The notes under the pieces were generated by a model. The model did not search any database. It saw only the letters and a list, made by a program, of their open reading frames with translations, and was not told the origin of the DNA. This document shows, in pieces, positions 38,200 through 49,747 of a stretch of 64,000 nt of DNA (its first letter is position 1; every line of letters starts with the position of its first letter). The DNA lies in assembly GCA_001179505.1 (NCBI GenBank), contig CDMY01000411.1, positions 1-64,000 on the forward strand. Direction: 5' to 3'. Made by a program: the position numbers and the translations under genes. The stretch comes from Vitrella brassicaformis CCMP3155 (Eukaryota > Protista > Chromerida).

Positions 38200-39560
38200 C
38201 AACAACCGAGACAGCAACTCGTGCAGCGATACCTCATGCCTAAGTCGGTGATTTCTCTGCTGTTTCTCCTCCTTTTCGGATGGAGCGTGTGTCGGACTAT
38301 TCCCAAATCCCCTGAGAATGCAAACTAAGAACTCGCATCCAGCGACCCTCGTGCCCGCGAGACGGCGATCATGGACTACGATCGACACTGCTGCAAGGAC
38401 TTGCGGCATTAGAACGGAAACTACAGCAATTTTCCAGCCTTTCGGATGTGTATCGCGTTGAAAGGCTAGTGGAGAGACAGCAGTGTACATCAGGGGAGTC
38501 AACGTACCATCAGTCGGTCAGTCGCTTATGTATGTGGCCACATACACAGTGTCCACATACACATGTCTCCCTCCATGGTTGGTGTGTGTACGCCATGAAT
38601 GACTGTGTGCGCTTCCTGCGCATGGACGTGTCGACATGTGCGCCCAAGGAAGAATCAACATGCCCAAGGTCGGCCCTGTCTGACCTCTCACAGCATGTGT
38701 CTTCTGCCAATCAATCAGCCCCTTAGCGACTTGTATGTCAGATCCAATCCCTTCTGCACCGGCGTAGCCACGCACATCATCACATCATCTTCTGTGTCAG
38801 GCACTGTGCCCATGAGATGATCAAGCGACTCTCGATCGATCTCAGCAGGTGCTACAGAAGCATCGCGGTCAGCTGAGGCAATCGCTGCTCTGTCGCACAC
38901 CAGACATCTCATCGAGAAGACCTGGCTCAACTCCTAGAGGGGGATCCCCTCTCACACTTGTCCAGCACGTACAGAGACGGTAGTAGCGCTCTCATAAGGT
39001 CGGCTGTGGACAGAGAGCGGATGGGTGGGAAACATACACGGCATCATGATGTTCGTGTGTCAGGTTTCTGAACCGGAAGGTCAAGGACAAGAACCCGAAA
39101 CAAGCATGTCTACTGGGTGCCTTCAGCCAAGTTTGTGTTGGGGACGGGCAGTTGTCGAGCGACATTATTCATTGATTGGTGTATTGAGTGCATGACTGTC
39201 GACACTTATCGGCTGCCTGCGCGACATACACCGCTGGTCAACAGTCGCTGCACTCTGTTGGCCTGGAACTGTGCGTCCCGAAGCATGTCACTGGCCGCCG
39301 ATGCAAAAAGCATCGCACGAAATGTATGCGCTTTCCATTCATCCGGCGGATCACTAAATGGTACGTCGGTTGATGTCACGAAAAGGTGCGTCGCTTTCTC
39401 CATGGCCAGTCTCACTGGGTATCGCTTTTTCCTCCTCGAGTGCGCGAAGACGACCGCGACTGCTTCGTCAGGCGAAAGGTAGCCGCTTTTGGCTGCGGCT
39501 CTTTGTCGGATGTCGTTGCAACAGTGATGAGGTCCCGTACTAGTCTATGGACACAAACAA
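38200..39560 (-). CDS. Hypothetical multi-exon gene, boundaries unresolved
   Basis: Open exon-like frames (AKSGYLSPDEAVAVVFAH..., AEIDRESLDHLMGTVPDTEDD..., WKIAVVSVLMPQVL) flanked by GT/AG. Confidence 0.3.
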
Positions 39561-39605
39561 GATATGGATGTCTTGCCCTGTCTGCTGGCTGAATGGAAGA
39601 CTGGC

Positions 39606-42277
39606 TCACTTGTTGTAGACATCCTTCATCTGCTTTTTGATGATTGTTTTGGGCGGCGAGAAGCCAGTTTCCATGTGCTCGGCAATGCCCGCGTACTGTA
39701 GGCATTGGTTTCCTTCAGTACATGTGGCATGCCGTGTCTCTCGCCAAGTACGTGACTCACCTTGGGGTTGTGAGCGAAGATGGCGAAGTTGGGGTCGAAC
39801 ACAGCTTCGACAGTCAGCTCTCGAGCTTTCTTCCACCACGTGGCCAGATCCTTCTCGGTGGCGTCGAGTTCTCCTACCGTGTACTGCGGACATCAAAGCA
39901 AGAATGTGTGTGCGGATACATACATGAGTGGATGAAGAGGACAATTTGTTGCTCTTGTGCTCACGGCTGGCAAAACGGAATGAACGAAGACCACGGCGTC
40001 GACACCGATAGACGACCAGCGGGGCAGACGATGGAGGTAGATGCCATCGGTCCAAGGCTTCCAGGACTGCGCGTTGTAGTGGATGGTATTGATCTTCCCC
40101 TCGAAGTCGTCCACGAACCCCTCCCTTTTGAACATGGCGTAGAGGTAGTTCTGTATTCGATCAATATGTGATGAACACAGGTAAGAGACATAACAGAGAC
40201 AGCATGGTTAGCCCTTTAAGAGCCCTCAGCCCCTGCCCGCATACTACCGCTCGCTACGCTCGCTTCGCTCGCTTAGCTTACCACACTCAAGACAAGCCTG
40301 ACGCCTTTCTCCGGGTTCCTGATGGTGGGAATGGAAGGAAAACACTGTCCTTGCTGAATCGGCCATTCACGGTCCTACGCGACAGTCGGATGGCCCTTTC
40401 GGAGGGAAACTCGTTTGAGTGTCTCGATGGTCGTATCCAGCGACCACTGCAGATACGTACGTACATATCCACGAATGCCACACGTGTCGCGTCCGTTCGC
40501 CATTGTGGCTGGTGTCTGTCGTCATGTTGGCTTACGATGAAGGGCCAACCCTGCGGGTAAAGCGCTGGCAACTGATTGAGCTGAGACACCAAACGCATTT
40601 GTCTGTCCAGCCGTTTCCTTCTAGTCTTATGAGGGTTGGCCGCTACATACTTGTTTGGCTGCCGGGATGGTATCTACGAACACACGCGCATATTGGCAAA
40701 GACACATGACGATTCCTGTCTCTGCTCACCCACCCGGGCTAAGGCTGGCTGGCTGCCAGGATTCTGTGGCGTCAGGCGACACAAGCTGGACCACATTCTT
40801 GAGTCTCATCTGTGCACAGGCGCATCGGATATTCATTCGGCCATGATCTCATCAGGGAGAGGTCACACCGTACGTACCTGTGGGATCTGTTTGTGGGACT
40901 TGAAGGCCTCATCTAGCCGCTGATTGAGCTTGAATGTCTCCCGGCGAGTCAGCTTGGCGTGAGTTTCTATCTCCTGCCGCAGGTGCACTTCGTCTGAACG
41001 CGTGCACCCGAGTGTCAATGATAGTGTAGGTCGACCGTCGGACGCTTACCGATTAAAATGGCTGCATGGTGGTATCTGAAGCTGGCTTCATCCAGCAGGA
41101 GAGAAGGCGCCGACTGCAACGGAAGAGCTTGGCAGAGGTCAACTGATTGATTGATTGGTCTCTGCTCACCTCGTAGGACGCTTTGAGGTACTCGAAGAGA
41201 GTCTTCGAGACAGTGTCATGCCACAGGCATCCCGAATGTGTATTCACAGCACGTGCAATGTGAGAGCCGGCACCCACGAATCCCAACATAAGCCTCCTCA
41301 CCGCACCTTGAAGTAGTCGCGGATGTCTTGCCTCATCTTAGCAAGAGCTAAAAAGTCGACATTTGAAGATGAACGAAAGGATGGCATATGTGCAGGGCAG
41401 GCAGCTGTTATGTACCCTTGGCCTTGAGCTTCATGTAGTCTTCACCGTCGGGGTAGCCGTTGGCTTCAGTATCCCACTCAGTCGCGACCGCCTGTATGTT
41501 TGTACAGTGAAGGAAGGCATGAAGGCCAGAAGTGCCAAGCCACTGACTGCCTTACCTCTGCCACGTATTCATCGCCGACCTGTGTCAATCAGTGGAAAGA
41601 GACAAGCTGCCAATCCTTTTGTATTATTCTTCTCACTCACCCAGAGACCAACCAGGTCCACGCCACAGACCCGCTTGGATCCTTCTTCCTCGAATGCTTC
41701 TTCCTCGTCCTTGCACCCCTGCGGAGCAGCAACATTCAATGCATAGCGCACTCCGCCATGGGGAAGAGGACATAACCCACCGGTGTCCCGAGAGGCTTGT
41801 TGCAGCAGTCGTGTCGCCGTTTCAGCTCTTCAAGTGCAGTGCTCTTTCCCTGCATGTGTAGAGAGCTACAAGCCTGCATGCATGATTGAGGTCAACGTGC
41901 ATTCACTTACCGAAGCTGGCGTCCCAGCCGACATGACCACGAGCTGCTCCATGCATACGGCAGACATCCAGCACAAGAGTCACACAGCCGTTCACTGTGA
42001 CTCTGCACTGTGTGACTCACGATCGTGCCAATGTACGCGACGTGACCGGCCTGTTTTTCCTGAGAGTGGCGCGAGGAGGTGGGGTGAATTCAAATATAGC
42101 ACGACGAAACACAAATGTGAGACAAGTCTGATCTCACCCATTGAGTCTCACCGTGTGGTTCCCATCAAGATTCGCATCCCAGGCACCGTCCCGCCGCACT
42201 CGCAAGGCAATGCCTCCAGGCAAGGAGAAGGCCAACAACAGAACAAGGCACGACATGACGACACACCAATCGGTCAT
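39606..42277 (-). CDS. Signal-peptide-bearing P-loop NTPase/kinase-like protein
   Basis: MTDWCVVMSCLVLLLAFSLPGGIA signal peptide; Walker A LVVMSAGTPAS|GKST is formed across a phase-0 GT-AG intron; AILIDE later; about 15 short exons. Confidence 0.55.
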
Positions 42278-42605
42278 TCCTTCCTGAAATTCCACTACAT
42301 GCAAAGTGGGGGCCGAATGGGATTAAATTATGCGCCGCACACTTGCAAAATTGCACGTGTGCCGGTGCCTGTCGATATGTCTGCGTGCGTGCATGCTCCT
42401 GGCTGCGCTCAAGTGATTTGTGTCGCTCGAGAGAATCGCCCACTCATATGCGCTGGCTGGACAGCTCTATGCTTTTCACCTCTCGTCAGCTCGTCCCTAT
42501 GACACATCTTGCAATGCACACATACATGTCTGGCTGCCTGCAGCACCTGGGCTGCTCCACTGACATGGCTCCAATCCGGATGCCCCTCTTCTTTGTCCGG
42601 ATTGA

Positions 42606-42643
42606 CTAAACCCTAAAGTCAAAACCCTGAGCCCTAAACCCTG
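42606..42643. promoter_or_regulatory. Telomere-like AAACCCT(A/G) motif cluster (telo-box-like) in a divergent intergenic region
   Basis: CTAAACCCTAAAGTCAAAACCCTGAGCCCTAAACCCTG lies upstream of PABPN1. Confidence 0.5.
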
Positions 42644-42797
42644 CCAGTGGTAACCCACCACGACGGTGAAAATGGTAGCTTTCCCACATTGCTCCACGCA
42701 ACCGCACACCGATCCTTGTCTGTCTGTGTTTGTGTGGGTGTCAGGTACCCAGAGTGTTCCCGGCGAGCATCCGGTCGACCAACAGAGAGTAGGCGCA

Positions 42798-44337
42798 ATG
42801 AGCGGAGCGGAGAAAGTAAGCGAGGCTTCCGCGTACTACAACCAGACTGATGTGGTGCCCAGCTGGGTGGAGAGGGAACTTGAGGTTGACCGCAGGAGTG
42901 TCTATGTGGTAAGGAGCCTTTCCTTCACACGCGTCGGTTGATGATCCTCTCACACTGCATGCATCTGTTCACCCGCCAGGGAAATTTGGACTACCACACG
43001 ACGTGTGAAGAGCTCCAGGGTGAGAACGAAAAGAAGGAGGGGCAAGGGAATAAGCTGCAATGTTGGGGTGGGGTGCACTTGTGTGCGCGCAGAGCATTTC
43101 AAGTCGATTGGACCAATCAATCGGGTCACCATCCTTGTGGACAAGTACACAGGTAACACGACGGTCCCCTCTGAAGTGAACATTCATAACAAGACGGTGA
43201 AAACCCTCGTCCATTCACAGGTCACCCCAAGGGGTTCGCCTACATAGAGTTCATGGACGTCGAATCGGCCGAGAATGCCCTCACGCTCAACGAAACATCT
43301 TTTCGGTGCGATCACTGGGTGGATGTGTGGATGTGTGCTGGTGAAGGCATCGACCAATCCGTCCACTCATGGCTTGTTTGTTCAGGCAGCGCGCCATCAA
43401 GGTTGTGCCCAAACGGACGAACGTGCCCGGTCTGGGGCTGAGGAGAGGGGGAGGGGGAGGGGCCTACTCGGCTGGACCACCCAGGGGGCCGTCGAGATTC
43501 GGGGGAGCGCCCCGGCCATTCAGACCACCGCCCACTGGTTCGTTTGCGCAAGGCGAATTTCTGGGTTGATGGCATTCTTGCATGCAATATTTGTGCGTCT
43601 TGATGAATGATGGATCAGGCATGGATGGCAGTGCTGCAGCTGCTGCTTCGTACGACCCCACGACAGCCAACCCCACCACAGCCAACGGTTCTTCGGTGTA
43701 CTATTCCTCATCCTACAGCCCCTACGACTACAGCGCGTACATGACTGCCTACGCCGGGTACCCCTACGCCCCCTTTCCACTCACCCACCCCCCTGCAACT
43801 GCCGCCACTCATGCCTCCGCTCCATCGTCATCTGCGCCAGCACCAGCAGGCGACCCGTCCTCATCATCAGCCACGGCTAGCGGCGCCACGGCGGCCCTTC
43901 AGAGTCAGATGCAGGCGTACCAAGACTACGTCGCATCGGCGTACAAGGCCATGATGCAGGCGCAGACGGGCGCGACAGACGCGGGTGCGATGAGCAGTGT
44001 GGCGATGCCGTACTACTCTGCTTGGCCGGGCATGATGATGGGCATGGTCGGCACCGCACAGGCGGCGGTGTCGACAACCACCGCACCCGCCGCACCTACG
44101 GCTGCATCTGCGACAGCGAGCGCATCCGCGGACGCGTCCGCAGAGTCTGTGTCTGCATCTGTTGCGCAAGAGGTGTCGAGTGGCGCTGTGGCTGTACAGG
44201 AGATGGAGGGGGGTGCGGGTGCTGCGGGCAGCAGTAGCAGTAGCACAGATGCGGGTGGCGGGGCCGCTGCGTCGAGCACCGCGGCCACGAGCTGCGGTGC
44301 TGATGCGAGCAGTGCAGAACAGAAGAGCGGGGGATAG
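42798..44337 (+). CDS. PABPN1: Nuclear polyadenylate-binding protein (PABPN1/PAB2)
   Basis: RRM exons DRRSVYV|GNLDY..TCEELQ|[21 protein letters not shown]|[26 protein letters not shown]|[15 protein letters not shown], followed by an RG-rich and Ala/Tyr-rich tail. Confidence 0.92.
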
Positions 44338-44572
44338 ATGCTGACAATGGATGGATGGATGTTACCCATGAGTGTTTGACAAACATGACGGCACGTCTCC
44401 CGTGGCAAATGGCATAGCGGAATCCGGAGGACCCTGTGTGCATAAGCAGTATTAGGGTAGTTCAACCCTGAAACAAATCCGTACTCGATTCTTGCACCCG
44501 CAGGGTCACTGTCGACTATCATCGTGCAAGGCGTCTGATCACTGAGTCTAGTTCATCACTGATCAGACGCTC

Positions 44573-46323
44573 ATGTCGAGTTCATCGTGCGGGCAGCCGC
44601 TGCCTCCGTCCTTCATGGACCTGGTAGAGTTGAAGCTCAGGGAGGAGGGTAAGTGCATACACGACGAGGGCTCCCTACAGCTCGACGCCGTGTCGCTCGC
44701 CCACGGCTTCACGTCGAAGGACGCCGAGTTCCTGCAGGAGATGTCTCAGATGAACTCGATGTCGCTGCGCATGTGCCGCATAAAAAAGGTGGGTGCCGAA
44801 CATGGGAAAATCAACGTACATAGATCTGTGGTGCGCTGTTGCTGGTACTTGCGTGTTGGTGTGGATCTGTCAGATGGACAACTTCGTGGTGCCAAAGGAG
44901 CTGGTGTCCCTGGCCATGGTGGACAATCGCATCAAGGTTCGCTGGTTCGTACAGGGATGCCTGCATCCGGAGGTTGCATGAATCTGATCTGTCAGGGAGG
45001 CCTGGAGGTGCTCAGCACGAACAAGAACAGCAAGCTGGTGCAGCTCAACCTAGCAGGCAACCCCATCGACAGCATCGACGCGCTCAAGCCACTCGTGAGA
45101 CCCCGACAGATCGCTCATATTCATCACCTGGTATTTGCCTCACGCCTGTGTTGATTTGATGTGTCATCCCCTCAGAAGAAGCTCAAGCACCTCAAGTCAC
45201 TCGATTTGACCCTGACGCCCCTGATGGAAGCCGACTCCTCCAGCAACACAGAAGGCAACCGCACCGCCATCCTCAAGATGCTCCCAAAGCTGAAGGCAAG
45301 CAACAAACTACCACTGGCCAGCGCTTCTCTCTGTCTGTCCATTGTTGTTCGTGCAGGTGTTGAACGGCCTCGACCGCGATAGCCGTGACGTGGTAGACCG
45401 TGGCGAGAACCGTTACGACGCCGACGAGGGCATGGCCGATGATTTGGAGGCCGAGCCGATGGATGGGGGCGAGGGAGGCGAGGGCGGCGGCAACGGAGAA
45501 GGCGATGGGGGAAACGGCCAACAGGGCGGACAAGACCAGCAGCAGCAGGGGCAGGGCCAGCAACAGCAAGACGGTAGGCATGGATGCACGGACGGACACC
45601 TCCTCGACGCATGGATGTGTCACACCCCTGCATGTCTGAATACACGCACTCAGGTGGTGGCGACGGTGGTGCGGGTGGCGGTGGCGCGTCTGGTGGTGAT
45701 GGTGGTGATGGTGGGCATGGTGGTGATGGTGGTGGTGACGGTGACGACAATGAGGGTGACGGTGACGGTGACGAAGAAGATGAAGACGGGGACGATGGCG
45801 ACCGCGTAGACCTCAAAGCCTTCTATGAGGGGGTCAGGCACACCGTACCACACCACACCATACGACAAAATGAAGCATAGAATGGTGTACGGTGCGTCTG
45901 TATTTCAGCAAATACCTGACGACGAGGAAGACGAGGACGAATTCCAGCCGGGGGATGACGAAGCTGACGAAGACCTACCCGGTATGCCAAGCCTCCACGT
46001 GCACGTGCCGTGCTCCTGCCGTGGGTTGTTCGCCCTCATGGACCGATGGATGGATTTGTGCAGATGACATCGACGACGAGGAGGACGAGCAAGAGGAGGA
46101 CGGCGGAGGGGACAAGGACGGCGATACCGCCGGCCGAGGTGCAGACACAGTCACTAGTGAATGACCGGGCGCATCGGTGCGTCTGTCACGTTGGTATGAA
46201 TGGGGGATGCGTGTTTGCTTGTTTGTTTGTTGGTTTGCTGGTTTGTTCAGGTGTGAAGCGTGCGGCAGAGGGTGCGGATGAGGACGGCGAGGATCGCCCC
46301 GCCAAAGCCGCCAAGTGCGAGTA
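44573..46323 (+). CDS. ANP32-like acidic leucine-rich-repeat nuclear protein
   Basis: LRRs (LVQLNLAGNPIDSIDALKPL, LKHLKSLDL), LRRcap-like ILKMLPKLK|VLNGLDRD, long Asp/Glu/Gly tail, C-terminal KRAAE..PAKAAKCE. Confidence 0.8.
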
Positions 46324-46399
46324 GACGACAAGACACACAGACACTAGACCAGCGTAGAATACCATAACCATGATATCCAGCACTTACACGTGCTGCCGA

Positions 46400-46700
46400 T
46401 GGTGGGATGGGATGGGGCGGGTGGCTGGGTGTGCTGTAGCATACATATGGCAGGCAGACCGTTTTATGACATATGGATGGATGGATGGATGATGCATGAA
46501 TGGCTGGTCGGTAGGTAGTGGGTGTCCGCCTCCTCTTCCTTCATGTCTGCCTGTCTGTCTGTCTGTCTGTCCGTCCGTGATGCGTCTGCATGATCCGTGA
46601 CCCTCTCCACCTCTTCTCTGGACGTTGCGTGTGTCTGTCGCTCTTTCTTTCTTTCTTTCTTTCTTTTGTTCTAGCTGTGTCAGTGTCTGTCGGTCGGTCG
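46400..46700. repeat. Compound microsatellite region: (GGAT)n, (CTGT)n, (CTTT)n
   Basis: Seen directly in intergenic DNA. Confidence 0.75.
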
Positions 46701-47261
46701 GTTTGTTTGTATCTCTGGAGTGCCCACTTCTATCTTGCCGAATGACTGACTCAGTGAGTGCCATAGTAGCCGCCGGAGATGGACACTGTCGGAAGACGCA
46801 CGAGACCTGCTGGATGAAAGATTCATTATGGTGTTTTCATGCACAACCTGGGCGCAAATGCGCGTACCAGCCATCCCCCAACGCACCTGCAAGAAGAGCC
46901 TTCAGAAGCGATCCGCAGCGCCTCTTAGATCGCGCCATCCCTTGTGGTCCACCGCTGCTGCCTTGTGATCCCTGGCTTTCGGCGTCCTTCGCAATTGAAT
47001 CGCTCATCTGCCTTCCTGGTATGCGTGTGTTCGCGTGAGGATTCATGCGTTGTCGATGTGTCGTTGTTGTGTGTGGTGGCTGTGGCAGGTTGATTTTCGC
47101 ACCTCTTATCGTGTCGCTTTTCGTTGGGCTTTCCCGCGTGACGTCATTCATTCAATCATTCTCAAGTCCCCGCGCTTGACTCAACCTGAGCTGATCTAGA
47201 CCATCACCATCGAAATGGTCTGAGCAGAACACAAGACAACCGACTACAGCCTCATCGAACC

Positions 47262-48602
47262 ATGTGGCCGTACACGAGGAGCCCACTCAATGGGCCGTCC
47301 CAGATGCCCGAGAGGAAGTCCTGGTTTACCACCGCCCGTCCCGTCAGCGCCCACCGCAATGTGCAGCGCCGGTGGGCACGGCGCTTCCTCCGCCTCCTCG
47401 CCCTCATCGGCTTCGTCACCGCTGCCGTCTGGTATCTTGCCCAACTCTTCGCGGCCGACAGCCCTGCTGGGTTGGGGGACGTCCACTTGGTCATGATGTC
47501 CACGAAAAATTACTGGCTGAAGGACTTGCGTGGCTACCTCCACGGCATCATGCAGCGCCACCTCGCCCGCCAGCGCGGCTTCGTCGTCCACATCATCGGC
47601 AATGATCACGCAGCTCCGGCAGGGGCGCTGGCCGGCCCGCCAAATACACGGCGCGCTGCGCTGCTGCGGGCACAGCTGCGCGAGCGCAAATGTCTTGACT
47701 TCGTGGCGCTGGCGGCTTCGAAGTTGGCGTCGGGGGCGTTCTCGAACGACTCCATCATCCTGCTGATGGACTCCTCGGACACACTGGTGCAGGCAACGGC
47801 CGCGGAGGCGGCGGCGCGGTTTCGGTGGATGGTGCTCGAGGGACAGAACAAGTAGGAGGCTTACTGGGCAGAGCGGATTGAGGCCGCAACAACGCCGCGC
47901 GAGCAGCTGCGGGTAAGGCGGGACGCCATGAAGTCGCGGGAGCAGCAGCGCAACGACCTTCAGCTCATCGTGGGAATGGAGCCGGCGTGTGCCCCCTCCG
48001 TGTGCCACGAGGTCGATGCCACACTTGTTGATGCCATGATGGGAATGTCGGCCGGCAAGAGACGCAAGTGGTACTCTCAGATGGTGGCCACCCGCGAGAC
48101 CTTCCCTCTCCGCCCACGCCCCTTCGTGAACGCCGGCTGCCTCGCCGGCACTACCGCCACCCTTATGGATGTGTGCCAGCAGTTGCCGCCGCTTATGCAC
48201 CGGCACGAAGACAGCAGCGACCAGAAGGCGCTCGGACGTCTGCTGGCAGACACCACCCTCCCGTACGCCCACTCGGCCGTCCTCGATGTCAACGCGCACG
48301 TATGTACGAAGCGATGTGTCTGGTGTGGCGGCTGCCCGATTTTTCGTGTGTTGTTGTGTGAATCCCCCTAGTTCTGCTACAATTTCGTCGATGCACAGGC
48401 GGGTGAGCTCGTGCCGTGGATTCGGCGAGTGTTCATGTGGGAGCCACGGCGGCGACTGTTCGTCTTTCAAGAGCAGCTGCTTTCTGCCCAGCGCGGCGAG
48501 GCGGCGGCCTTTCCGATTGTGTTTCACTTTCCCAACTTTTCCTGGTGGCGGAAAGGGGCGCTTTACACGCAGCTGGTGCCGTACCTCCTTGGGGGGCCGT
48601 AA
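47262..48602 (+). CDS. PLOD/procollagen-galactosyltransferase-type GT-A glycosyltransferase, type II membrane, with an in-frame TAG
   Basis: TM anchor; IILLMDSSDTLV, FVNAGCLAGT, SDQKALGR and PIVFHFP motifs; TAG at 47853-47855 interrupts one continuous frame. Confidence 0.6.
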
Positions 48603-49747
48603 TGCAGCGTCCGCGGCTCAAACGTTGGCGACAAGATCTGAAGGCATCGAGATGTACAGCTAGAATGGAGGCTGACGTGGTACAGCTGAAGGCAACACGT
48701 GTCAGTCGGATCTAGAGGATGCCATTCAGACAGTGACCCCCCTGACTGCGGTGACACTTCCGCCAACGAGTGCAGAGATGGAAGGTCAGAGTGGGGCGAA
48801 CACATTCACTGTGTCTCGCATCACATGTATGTATGCAGGTTGTTAAGGTAATGACCAGACCTCTACTGACGGCAACGAGTGCTGCACCCGCTTTTCAACG
48901 AAAAGCAGCAGTGGCACATGTGAAGAATGCGGCAGTGGAAAAAGGGAATGTACCGCAACGCCGTCGTGCCACTTTGTGAGGAAAAGACGAGAACATCTCA
49001 TGTGCTCATTCACGCGACGCAATTGAGCTCCCTCCCTGGCTTCATTTCGTGCAGGCTCGCCGGTACGACATCAGATCTCACTTTGAGCGCTGCGCCATTG
49101 CATTCGGCGAAGGCGGTGTCTGTGACGCTGATAGGAGTCTATTTGGATTGCCGAGACGGTATCGACTCCGCTGTCCCTTTGGACATCCTGTGGCGATGGC
49201 GGCTTGTGCGTGGCTTCTGTATCTGCGCCTGGTGGTGACGAAGACTGTGAACCAGCCTTGGGCGTCCGACGATGCAGAAGGGCTTATGGCAGAGAAAGAC
49301 TGGAGTTTTCGTAGGACGTGCCAAAAGTAGTGCAACGGGCAATTAGGAAAGAGGAAAGGTCTGTCTATTTGTCTGTCTTCTGCCTGTCTTGAGTGGGCGT
49401 CTGTCTGGAAGGGGAAGCGATGATGCGAAGGGACGTCACCGGGTTGATTCCACCAAGACACAACACTCGCCCGACAAAAATCCTACTGTCATTGATGTAC
49501 CCACAACACATTGCGTAAGCCATTCATGTCTCTGTCAAGCGCACAATTCGACCACCGTAAGAAGGCTAGGACACAGAGGGGCGTGGAATCGGTCGATCGG
49601 AGTGTGATCGTGCGTGGCCAGTGTAGATGAATCGGACTCGGCTCAAAGAGGAGGCCAAGGCCACCAGTAACCAACATCGCTAGGGTGTAGCATAAAACGC
49701 TCGTCCTACTCCATAACCTGAGCTCCTCCATCGCACGCACTCACCCC

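Noticed and set aside
38936-38952. Small hairpin AGAGGGG-GAT-CCCCTCT
   Set aside because: A 7-bp stem is expected by chance in 64 kb.
40040-40110. IHYNAQSWKPW resembling the GT8 C-terminal motif
   Set aside because: No DxD or other GT8 motif could be reconstructed, and the same gene has a Walker A motif.
47244-48527. 427-aa minus-strand ORF, and similar long antisense ORFs at 44013-44522, 19670-20335 and 39644-40171
   Set aside because: They mirror GC3-rich sense coding regions codon for codon and show no motifs; these are shadow ORFs.
48800-49730. Possible minus-strand type II membrane gene (MEELRLWSRTSVLCYTLAMLVTGG...)
   Set aside because: No consistent downstream exon chain or motif could be built.
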